A stretch of DNA of 35,577 bases from IMG/VR virus record IMGVR_UViG_3300027819_000037, positions 1-35,577 of that record, one strand, 5' to 3'. Below are positions 7,453-15,279 of this stretch, one piece after another. The number at the start of each line of letters is the position of its first letter. Position 1 is the stretch's first letter. A program made the translations under genes and the position numbers. This DNA comes from a virus. Taxonomy: Duplodnaviria > Caudoviricetes. The notes under the pieces were generated by a model, which worked only from the letters and a program-made list of their open reading frames with translations, did no database searches and was not told where the DNA came from.

Positions 7453-9025
7453 AGTCCTCGAGCGCGTGAAGGGCCTCCCTCCCAAGGAGAAAGCCGCCTT
7501 GGTGCGCGAAGTCTATGCCGCGACGAAGGACATGAAATGGGTGCCGAACCCGGGCCCGCAGACCGAGGCGTATCACTCGCAGGCCGATGTGCTGCTGTAC
7601 GGGGGAGAGCCGGGCGGGGGCAAGAGCTCCCTCATCGAGGGGCTCGCCTATAACCTGCATCAGCGCTCGCTCATCGTGCGGCGCAAATACGGCGACCTGG
7701 ACCGCCTGATCGAGGACACCCTGAAGATTCACGGCAGCCGCGACGGGTTCAACGGCTCGCCACCGCCCAAGCTGCGCATTTCGGACGAGCGCATCATCGA
7801 CTTCGGAGGCGCGAACAACATCGGCGACGAGCAAAGCTGGATGGGCCGCGGACACGACTTCCTCGGCGCCGACGAGGCAACCCACTTCGCCGAATCACAG
7901 ATCCGTTTCCTTATGGGTTGGGTGCGAACGGAAGACCCGAAGCAGCGCACGCGCACCGTGCTTGCCACGAACCCCCCGCTGACGGCCGAGGGCCTGTGGA
8001 TCATCGAAATGTTCGCCCCGTGGATCGATCCGACCTTCCCACATCCGGCCAAGCAGGGCGAACTGCGCTGGGCGGTGATGGACGAGGACAGGCAGCGCTG
8101 GGTTGACGGACCAGGACAAGTCCTGATCGCCGGCAAGATGGTGCGGCCCAAGTCCTACACCTACATTCACGCATCGGTGAAGGACAATCCCTACTACGCC
8201 GCGACCGACTACGAGCGGGAGCTGGATTCGCTTCCCTGGGAGATTCGCTCGATCCTGCTCGGTGGTTTCCGCACCACCTACAAGGACACGCCGAACCAGG
8301 TCATCCCGACCAAATGGGTGCAGATGGCGCAGGAACGCTGGAGCGCGAAGCCTCCCGCCGATATTCCGATGTGCTCGATCGGCGTGGACTGTTCGGGCGG
8401 GGGCGACGACCCGATGATCATGGCGGCACGGCGCGACGGCTGGTACGCACCTCTGGTCGAAGTTCCCGGGAAAGAGATCCCGATGGATCGGTCAGGCGCC
8501 CACTGTGCCGGGCTCGTGGTGAGCCAGCGCAGGGACCGCGCCATGGTGGTGGTCGACATGGGCGGAGGCTACGGCGGCCCGCTCTACGAGCACCTGAAAG
8601 CAAACGAGGTCGAAGTCTATCCGTACAAGGGGGCCGAAGGCACGACTCGGCGCTCCGTCGAAGGGAAGCTGCACTTCGCAAACAAGCGCTCGGCTGCGTA
8701 TTGGGCGTTCAGGGAAGCGTTGGATCCGGGACAGCCTGGAGGCTCGCCCATTGCATTGCCGCGGGACCAGAAGCTTCTGGCTGACCTCACGGCACCTACT
8801 TTCGAGCCGACCCCGAACGGCATCCGGGTAGAACCCAAGGAGAAAGTGTGCGAACGCCTGGGGCGCTCCACCGACCGCGGCGACGCCGTGGTCATGGCTT
8901 GGTTCGAGGGCCCGCGGGAAACCACCGCGGCGCTGGAATGGATCGAGGCCAAGGAGTTCAAGCGCGTCCGCCATCCCAAGGTCGTGATGGGCGCCCACAT
9001 GCCGATGAGTGCAGGGAGACGCTGA
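7442..9025 (+). CDS. terL: Terminase large subunit
   Basis: PNPGPQ, Walker A LLYGGEPGGGKS, Walker B FLGADEA, LATNP, nuclease motifs IGVDCSGGGDD and STDRGDA. Confidence 0.95.
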   Translation: MLDEVLERVKGLPPKEKAALVREVYAATKDMKWVPNPGPQTEAYHSQADVLLYGGEPGGGKSSLIEGLAYNLHQRSLIVRRKYGDLDRLIEDTLKIHGSRDGFNGSPPPKLRISDERIIDFGGANNIGDEQSWMGRGHDFLGADEATHFAESQIRFLMGWVRTEDPKQRTRTVLATNPPLTAEGLWIIEMFAPWIDPTFPHPAKQGELRWAVMDEDRQRWVDGPGQVLIAGKMVRPKSYTYIHASVKDNPYYAATDYERELDSLPWEIRSILLGGFRTTYKDTPNQVIPTKWVQMAQERWSAKPPADIPMCSIGVDCSGGGDDPMIMAARRDGWYAPLVEVPGKEIPMDRSGAHCAGLVVSQRRDRAMVVVDMGGGYGGPLYEHLKANEVEVYPYKGAEGTTRRSVEGKLHFANKRSAAYWAFREALDPGQPGGSPIALPRDQKLLADLTAPTFEPTPNGIRVEPKEKVCERLGRSTDRGDAVVMAWFEGPRETTAALEWIEAKEFKRVRHPKVVMGAHMPMSAGRR

Positions 9026-9351
9026 TGGGATCCATGGTGAAGACGCTGCTCCCCATTGCCGGTACGGTCATCGGCTCGTACTTTGGGTTCCCGGGACTCG
9101 GTGGCGCGTTGGGGACCGCTGTAGGCGGCGCGGCCGGCGGCTTGGCCGGATCGCTTCTGGCTGGCAGCCAGAAACCCACGCAGGTTCAGGCACCCGCACT
9201 GCCGACGCAACCCCTCATGCCAAGCCCCGACAGCGCGGCTGTGGCGCAGCAGCAGCAAAAGTCGATTGCCGAGCAGATCGCGCGACGCGGCAGGGCCTCG
9301 ACCATCCTCACCCAGGGCGGTCTAGGCGAAGGGACGAAGCTGGGGGCCTGA
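9025..9351 (+). CDS. Small Gly-rich virion-associated protein preceding the portal
   Basis: TGATG overlaps on both sides; C-terminal RRGRASTILT motif common before podovirus portals. Confidence 0.75.
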   Translation: MGSMVKTLLPIAGTVIGSYFGFPGLGGALGTAVGGAAGGLAGSLLAGSQKPTQVQAPALPTQPLMPSPDSAAVAQQQQKSIAEQIARRGRASTILTQGGLGEGTKLGA

Positions 9352-10985
9352 TGGACTACAAGGAACTGCGCACCCTGGGTGACAAACTGCTGAGTCTCAA
9401 GGCTCCGCTTAACTCGCTGTGGCAGGAGATCGGTGACAACTTCTATCCCGAGCGGGCGATCTTCACGCTGCAACGCTCCCTTGGCACCGACTTCGCGAGC
9501 AACCTGCTGACGAGCTACCCGATCCTGTGCCGCCGCGATTTGGGAAACCAGTTCGGCTCCATGCTGCGGCCAGTTGCGAAGACCTGGTTTCACCTCGCCC
9601 GACGTCACATCAAGGAGGAGGACAACGAGACCAAGCAATGGCTACAGGCGTTCGAGGAGACGCAGCGCCGTGCCATGTACGATCCGAAATCGCTATTCAC
9701 CCGGGCGACGAAAGAGGGCGATCACGACTTCGCGGCCTTCGGCCAATGCGCGATCTCGGTCGAACTGAACCGCAAGGGCGACACGCTCCTGTACCGCTGC
9801 TGGCATCTGAAGGACATGGCCTGGCAGGAGAACGAGGATGGCGGTATCGGCTTCAAGACGCGAAAGTGGAAGGCTGATGCGCGGACGCTCGCGCGCACCT
9901 TCGGCAAGGAGAAGCTCCATTCCAACATCGTGAAGATGCTGGACACCGACCCGTTCACCCAGTTCAACACCATGCACATTGTCTGCGAATCCGACATGTA
10001 TAGCGACAAGGCCGGAGGCAAGCCGTGGTGGTCGATCTGGATCGACTGGGACCACAACACGCTCATCTCGGCTACCCCGATCTGGACCGAGTATTACGTG
10101 ATCCCGCGCTGGCAGACCGTCTCAAATGTGCAGTACTCGTATTCGCCCGCCACCGTGGCCGCACTGCCTGACGCGCGGCTCATTCAGGCTATGACCTGGA
10201 CGCTACTGGAAGCCGGTGAGCGGGCAACCTGGCCCCCGATGGTCGCAACAATCGACGCGGTGAAGTCCGACATCGGCAACTATGCGGGCGGGATCACCTG
10301 GGTGGACCCGGAATACGACGAGCGCCTTGGCGAAGCCCTGCGCCCGTTGCAGCAGGACTTTCGCGGCTTTCAGTTCGGCACCGCGATGAACGAGGACTGC
10401 CGAAAACTCATCTACAAGGCGTTCTTCCTCGACACGCTCAACATGCCGCAGCGCGGGCCAGAGATGACCGCCTACGAGGTCGGGCAGCGGGTGCAGCAGT
10501 ATATCCGGGACGCGCTCCCCATCTTCGAGCCCCTCGAGATGGACTACAACGCGAAACTGTGCGACATGACCTTCGAGCTCCTTTGGAGAAATGGTGCTTT
10601 TGGAAGTCCATTGTCCTGGCCTAAAAAGCTGAGGGGAGCGGACATCGAATTCCGTTTCGAGTCTCCCCTCCACGACGCAATCGAGCAACAGAAGGGTCAG
10701 ACCCTCATGCAGGGCGAGGGCTTGATGGCGGCGGCGATGAAGGTGGATCCGAGCGTAGCGAATATCGTGGATGCGAAGGTGGCGCTACGCGATGCCCTGA
10801 ACGGGATCGGCGTCCCGGCTCGCTGGATGCGGAACGAATCTGACGTGCAGGCGCTCGACAACCAGCAGCAGCAGGAAGCGCAGCTCGCCAAGGTGCTCGC
10901 GGCGACGCAGCAGGGCGCGGCGGCGGCCAAAGACTTCGGAGCGGCGAACCAGTCCTTCGCTCAAGCACAGCCGGCGGCGGCATGA
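9351..10985 (+). CDS. Portal (head-tail connector, T7 gp8/BPP-1-like)
   Basis: 544 aa from MDYKELR; LWQEIGDNFYP, AAFGQCAI, IPRWQT...YSYSPA, EMTAYEV.QR and IEFRFESPL motifs. Confidence 0.93.
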   Translation: MDYKELRTLGDKLLSLKAPLNSLWQEIGDNFYPERAIFTLQRSLGTDFASNLLTSYPILCRRDLGNQFGSMLRPVAKTWFHLARRHIKEEDNETKQWLQAFEETQRRAMYDPKSLFTRATKEGDHDFAAFGQCAISVELNRKGDTLLYRCWHLKDMAWQENEDGGIGFKTRKWKADARTLARTFGKEKLHSNIVKMLDTDPFTQFNTMHIVCESDMYSDKAGGKPWWSIWIDWDHNTLISATPIWTEYYVIPRWQTVSNVQYSYSPATVAALPDARLIQAMTWTLLEAGERATWPPMVATIDAVKSDIGNYAGGITWVDPEYDERLGEALRPLQQDFRGFQFGTAMNEDCRKLIYKAFFLDTLNMPQRGPEMTAYEVGQRVQQYIRDALPIFEPLEMDYNAKLCDMTFELLWRNGAFGSPLSWPKKLRGADIEFRFESPLHDAIEQQKGQTLMQGEGLMAAAMKVDPSVANIVDAKVALRDALNGIGVPARWMRNESDVQALDNQQQQEAQLAKVLAATQQGAAAAKDFGAANQSFAQAQPAAA

Positions 10986-11335
10986 TGGACACAGTTTTCG
11001 ACATCGACGAGGAATACCAGAAGGTAATGGACATCCTCAACGCGAACAAGGACAAGAATTTCGTCAAGCGGATTCTGTCGCCCGACAAGTACCCGACCAT
11101 TGACAACGGAGACGGGACATATTCGACGCATTTGATGGCGTGGAGTGACGCGCCGGACGGTAAATATCGTGTCTATCCCACTATCACCTACGACACGAAG
11201 AGCAAAAGCCTAACGAAACTCGAAGGCGATGCTGCGTACAGCAAGGCTGATTCCACCGGGGATTACATCGAGTTCGAGACTCCAGAGGAAGCGGACTGGT
11301 TCTCACGCAACTACAAGAAAGCGTGGAACAAGTGA
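10982..11335 (+). CDS. Hypothetical protein
   Basis: ATGA/GTGA coupling; acidic and Tyr-rich. Confidence 0.7.
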   Translation: MMDTVFDIDEEYQKVMDILNANKDKNFVKRILSPDKYPTIDNGDGTYSTHLMAWSDAPDGKYRVYPTITYDTKSKSLTKLEGDAAYSKADSTGDYIEFETPEEADWFSRNYKKAWNK

Positions 11336-11622
11336 CCAAACTCAAGCCCCTCAAGGCCGATCCCGCGAGCACCCCGGCGCCCTTCGACCTTGCCGACGCC
11401 GAGGCCGTGCACATGCTTGCTGCTGGAACCGCCGAGCCTGCGCAGCAGAAGCGCGCCCTGAAGTGGATCATCGAGAGCGCCGCGGCAACCTATCAGTGGC
11501 CGTTTCGAGAGGTGGCGCGCGAGACAGACATCGCACTGGGCCGGCAGTTTGTCGGCCAGCAAATCGTCGGGCTGCTCAAGCTCGACTTGTCGAAACTGAG
11601 GAGAGACTTCGAACATGGCTGA
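11332..11622 (+). CDS. Bbp19-like head-module protein
   Basis: QKRALKWII...F....RETDIALGRQFVGQQI pattern; located between portal and scaffold. Confidence 0.65.
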   Translation: MTKLKPLKADPASTPAPFDLADAEAVHMLAAGTAEPAQQKRALKWIIESAAATYQWPFREVARETDIALGRQFVGQQIVGLLKLDLSKLRRDFEHG

Positions 11623-12541
11623 TCCCGCACCCAATGCAGCACCCGACCCGAACGCAACTCCCGCACCGGCCCCGGCCCCTGCTGCCGCCGCGCCCGCGCC
11701 TGCGGCGCCCGCACCGGCTCCGGCGGCCGCTCCCGAACCGAAGCCGGTAGAGGCGTATTGGCCCGCCGACTGGCAGGCGCGCATGTCCAAGGACGATGAG
11801 AAACGCGCCGCGCACATCAAGCGCTATTCCTCGCCCGAAGCCCTTGCCGACGCCCTGATCGCAGCGCAGAACCGTATCAGCCGGGGCGAGCTGAAGGCGC
11901 AGTTGCCCGAGAACCCGAAGCCCGAGGAACTGACGCAGTGGCGCAAGGACAACGGCATCCCCGAAGCGCCGGACAAGTACGAGCTGAAGTTCGACAGCGG
12001 CCTGGTGATCGGAAAGGAGGACAAGCCCATCATCGACGCGTTCCTCAAGTCCGCGCACGAAGCCAACATGCAGCCCCAGCAGGTCAAGGCCGCGGTCGAG
12101 TGGTACTACACCGAGCAGGAACGCATGGCCGAGGAACGGGCGAAACAGGACGAGCAGCAGCGTACCGAAGCCCTGGACGCGTTGAATGTCGAGTGGGGCC
12201 AGAATTTCCGCAGCGAGATGAACCTCATCACCAATTCCGTGCTCTCCATGTTCCCGGAGAAGGTGCGCGATGACCTGATCGGCGCCCGCCTGCCCGATGG
12301 GCGCGGCGTGTTCAACAGCCCCGAGATCATCCGTGCTTTCGCCGCCCTCGCGCACATCGTCAACCCGGCCGGTGTCGTCGTTCCGCAAGGTGGCGGGGAC
12401 ATGACGCAGACAGTCAACGACGAGATCAAGGCGATCGAGGCCAAGATGGGCACGAAGGCGTACATCAAGGATGAAGCATTGCAGGCGCGTTACCGCGAAC
12501 TCGTCACGGCGCGCGAACAGATGCAGAAGAAAGCAGCTTAA
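11615..12541 (+). CDS. Capsid scaffolding protein
   Basis: Pro/Ala-rich N-terminus, GIPEAPDKYEL, helical body with L..EWG..F; directly upstream of the capsid gene. Confidence 0.85.
   Translation: MADPAPNAAPDPNATPAPAPAPAAAAPAPAAPAPAPAAAPEPKPVEAYWPADWQARMSKDDEKRAAHIKRYSSPEALADALIAAQNRISRGELKAQLPENPKPEELTQWRKDNGIPEAPDKYELKFDSGLVIGKEDKPIIDAFLKSAHEANMQPQQVKAAVEWYYTEQERMAEERAKQDEQQRTEALDALNVEWGQNFRSEMNLITNSVLSMFPEKVRDDLIGARLPDGRGVFNSPEIIRAFAALAHIVNPAGVVVPQGGGDMTQTVNDEIKAIEAKMGTKAYIKDEALQARYRELVTAREQMQKKAA
11618..11745 (+). repeat. Low-complexity Pro/Ala coding repeat
   Basis: ADPAPNAAPDPNATPAPAPAPAAAAPAPAAPAPAPAAAPEPKP. Confidence 0.8.
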
Positions 12542-12738
12542 ACCCCTGCGTTGAGCAGGATTTCATTAACCAGGCGGATGCCGGAAATCCCGAAAGGTCC
12601 CGGACGAACCTGACGCAGCACCGAGTTGACTAGCAAGGCACCGATTAAGACGACCTAGGCTCCGTTAAAGGCTACCCCTAGACGCCAAAAGCGGGCACCC
12701 CGAGCGAAGGGCAACTTCCTTTTCTTTAGGAGCCTAGG
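12542..12738 (+). promoter_or_regulatory. Structured capsid-gene leader with an RBS-sequestering stem
   Basis: CCTAGGCTCC (12654-12663) is the exact reverse complement of GGAGCCTAGG (12729-12738), which covers the RBS; further hairpins at 12545-12559 and 12571-12612. Confidence 0.55.
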
Positions 12739-13680
12739 ATGAATCGCATCAAGACCTTTCTTCGGGACCTCATCGCCTTCGCGCTGATCCCGATCAAGCA
12801 GTACGCGGAGAAGTACCTGGTGTGCTACGCCGACACCGCCTTTCAGATCCAGTATCGGCAAGAGTACATCAAGCAGTTCGAGCAGCACGAAAGTCTGCTC
12901 AGGGAAACGACCACCACCGAGGCCGTCATCAAGGGACAGCAGGCCGTGTTCCTGGTGGCAGGCTCGGGCAACTCCAACGCGGTGACCCGCGGGACGAACG
13001 GCATGATTCCGGCCCGTCCCGACTCGCTCACGCAGAACACGGCCACGCTGCAGGAGTGGCACGACCTCGTGCGCAAGACCGGCTTCAACATCTTCGCCTC
13101 GCAGGGCAACCAGCGTGCCGTGATGCAGATGTCCTCGGTCGGCGTCCTGAACCGCAAGATTGACTCGACCATCATCAGCGAGCTGAACACCGGCACGGTG
13201 GCGATCGGCACCGCCGCGCAGACCATCCCGAACGTCGCCTTCATGGTGAATGGGCTGGTGAAACTGCAGAACGCGAGCGTGCCCTGGGACGGCAACATCA
13301 CGGCCCTGATCCAGCCCTCGTTCCTCGCCTACCTCATGCAGACCACGGAATTCGCCTCGGCGAAGTACGTCGACGTCAAGCCCTTCGCCGGCGAGAACGT
13401 GCCTGCCTTCAAGGACCGGCCCCGCGCCTACGAGTGGATGGGCTTCACGCTCATCTCGCACCCGAATCTGCCCGGCAAGGGGACGACCGCGGAAGTCTCG
13501 TTCATGTACCACAAGTCCGCAATCGGCCACGCGATGGACACCGCCGGCCTGCAGACACCCGTCGGCTACTTCGAGGAGCAGGACTATTCCTGGGCGAGGG
13601 CGACGGCCTACATGGGCGCGAAGCTGCTGCAGAACACGGGCGTCGTGGTGATGACCGCTGACGGCAGCGCCTACGCCTAA
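12739..13680 (+). CDS. Major capsid protein
   Basis: ADTAFQIQYRQEYIKQFEQHESLLR, LNRKIDSTII, FMYHKSAIGHA and YMGAKLLQNTGVV motifs; AGGAG RBS; follows the scaffold gene. Confidence 0.92.
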   Translation: MNRIKTFLRDLIAFALIPIKQYAEKYLVCYADTAFQIQYRQEYIKQFEQHESLLRETTTTEAVIKGQQAVFLVAGSGNSNAVTRGTNGMIPARPDSLTQNTATLQEWHDLVRKTGFNIFASQGNQRAVMQMSSVGVLNRKIDSTIISELNTGTVAIGTAAQTIPNVAFMVNGLVKLQNASVPWDGNITALIQPSFLAYLMQTTEFASAKYVDVKPFAGENVPAFKDRPRAYEWMGFTLISHPNLPGKGTTAEVSFMYHKSAIGHAMDTAGLQTPVGYFEEQDYSWARATAYMGAKLLQNTGVVVMTADGSAYA

Positions 13681-13704
13681 CCCCTCATCGGAAAGGAGAC
13701 TGAC

Positions 13705-14073
13705 ATGACTGTGACCTATCAAGGCAGCACCTTCACGACGACCTCGGCCAACCCTCCGCTGCTGCTGTACAGCGTGGTGGGTGGGAAAGTCCAATACCCG
13801 GGCGTACTCGCTACGAGCTCAACCCTCGCCCGCGGCGGGAAACTCTGGTTCTACTGCTCGACCAACGCCCCGGCCGACATGAACACCGCCGGCTGCATCA
13901 GCGACGGTGGCGTGCTCGGCATGGCGCCGGGGGACTTGATGATCGGGGTGACCTTCGGCACCGGTGGGGGCATTTCCTCCACCGACATGTTCCCGTACAT
14001 GGGCGTGCTGAACTCGACCAATTCGAGCCTGTCGACCGCGGCGTACAACATCACGTCGAACTACTCGACGTAA
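13705..14073 (+). CDS. Ser/Thr-rich capsid decoration/cement-position protein
   Basis: AAAGGAG RBS; immediately after the capsid gene; about 32 of 122 residues are S/T; DG..LGM.PGD.MI motif. Confidence 0.75.
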   Translation: MTVTYQGSTFTTTSANPPLLLYSVVGGKVQYPGVLATSSTLARGGKLWFYCSTNAPADMNTAGCISDGGVLGMAPGDLMIGVTFGTGGGISSTDMFPYMGVLNSTNSSLSTAAYNITSNYST

Positions 14074-14084
14074 CCGAATCCCGA

Positions 14085-14115
14085 GGGGCGGCGGGTCGTC
14101 CGCCCCAGTTTGTTT
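14085..14115 (+). terminator. Probable intrinsic terminator after the capsid/decoration genes
   Basis: GGGGCGG...CCGCCCC stem followed by AGTTTGTTT. Confidence 0.55.
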
Positions 14116-14131
14116 GAGTTGAGGAGATGAC

Positions 14132-14599
14132 ATGACAGACGCAGTGGCAGCACCGGCAGTACAGAAATCCACGAGCAAGCCCGTTCTCATGCCGGACAAG
14201 ATCGGCCTTGCCGAGCACAAGCGCAATGACTGGGTGGTGGACATCGATCCCCGACTCACCATCGACGAGATCCTGGAGCCCGCTTTTTGGGCCCACACCG
14301 CAGCGGCGCTCAATCCGCTGGACAAGATCGAGGCGCGCTGGGAAGACGGCTCGCGCATCGTGCACATGCGGGTGCGCTTCTGCGAGCGAAACTACGCCAA
14401 GGTCAAGGTGGTCTCGGTCGAGGAACTGGGCAGCGTGATCTCGGACATCCCCGAACCGTCGAAGAAGCACCGGGTCGAGTGGAAGGGTCCGATGATGCGT
14501 TTTGCCGTGATCCGCCTGTCCGACAGCGAGGTGGTCTCCAAGGGCCACAAGACCCGCGAAGAGGCGGCGAAGTGGGTCGTTGACCACGAAGCCACCTGA
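14132..14599 (+). CDS. Hypothetical head-module protein
   Basis: GAGGAG RBS; ILEPAFWAHTA..L...DKIE...EDGS; VEWKGP. Confidence 0.8.
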   Translation: MTDAVAAPAVQKSTSKPVLMPDKIGLAEHKRNDWVVDIDPRLTIDEILEPAFWAHTAAALNPLDKIEARWEDGSRIVHMRVRFCERNYAKVKVVSVEELGSVISDIPEPSKKHRVEWKGPMMRFAVIRLSDSEVVSKGHKTREEAAKWVVDHEAT

Positions 14600-14615
14600 G
14601 CGAAGGAGGGTAGCG

Positions 14616-15278
14616 ATGGCATCGAAACTGAGCATCTACAACGACGCGCTGCTCCTTGCTGGAGATCGGAGCCTCTCTACCCTCACCGACGACATCGAGG
14701 GGCGCTACCTGCTCGACCAAGTGTGGGACAACGGCGGGGTGAACGCCTGTCTCGAGGAAGGCCAGTGGGAGTTCGCCATGCGCGCGGTCAAGGTGGACTA
14801 CGACACCACGATCACGCCTCCGTTCGGCTACAACCGCGCCTTCTCCAAGCCCGCCGATTGGATCCTCACCTCCGCGATCTGCTCGGACGAGTTCTTCCGT
14901 GTGCCGCAAACGAGGTACATCGACGAGACCGGCTATTGGTACTCGGACATCGACATCCTGTATGTGCGCTATGTGTCGAACGGCGCACTTTACGGGACGA
15001 ACTATGGCGCGTGGCCGAAGTCCTTCACCGAGTTCGTCGCCGCACATTTCGCCGCGCAGATCGTGCTCAAACTGTCCTCGGACGAGAATAAGGTGCGACT
15101 CTTCGTCAACCCGGAGAATCCTGAGCACAGCATTCGCGGGCGGGCGCTTCTGAAGGCGAAATCCAAGTGCGCCATGGCGAACCCGACGCAGTTCATGGCG
15201 CAGGGCACCTGGTCGCGTTCGAGGATGCGCGGAGTCAACCGGCGCGACGGCGGCGGCACTTCGAACCTGATCGGATGA
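14616..15278 (+). CDS. Tail tubular protein A / adaptor (T7 gp11-like)
   Basis: AAGGAGG RBS; SKLSIYNDALL.AG, WEFA, F.KPADW, LYVRYV and F.EFVAA..A motifs. Confidence 0.85.
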   Translation: MASKLSIYNDALLLAGDRSLSTLTDDIEGRYLLDQVWDNGGVNACLEEGQWEFAMRAVKVDYDTTITPPFGYNRAFSKPADWILTSAICSDEFFRVPQTRYIDETGYWYSDIDILYVRYVSNGALYGTNYGAWPKSFTEFVAAHFAAQIVLKLSSDENKVRLFVNPENPEHSIRGRALLKAKSKCAMANPTQFMAQGTWSRSRMRGVNRRDGGGTSNLIG

Positions 15279-15279
15279 A

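Noticed and set aside
9009-9350. Extended starts in the ORF track for the portal (and for 4212, 17664, 28105, 32237, 32989, 34584, 35102)
   Set aside because: The extensions overlap neighbouring real genes; stop/start-coupled downstream starts fit better.
12571-12612. Hammerhead ribozyme in the capsid leader
   Set aside because: CGGATG...CGAAC only loosely resembles the CUGANGA/GAAA core, and the required stems are not evident.
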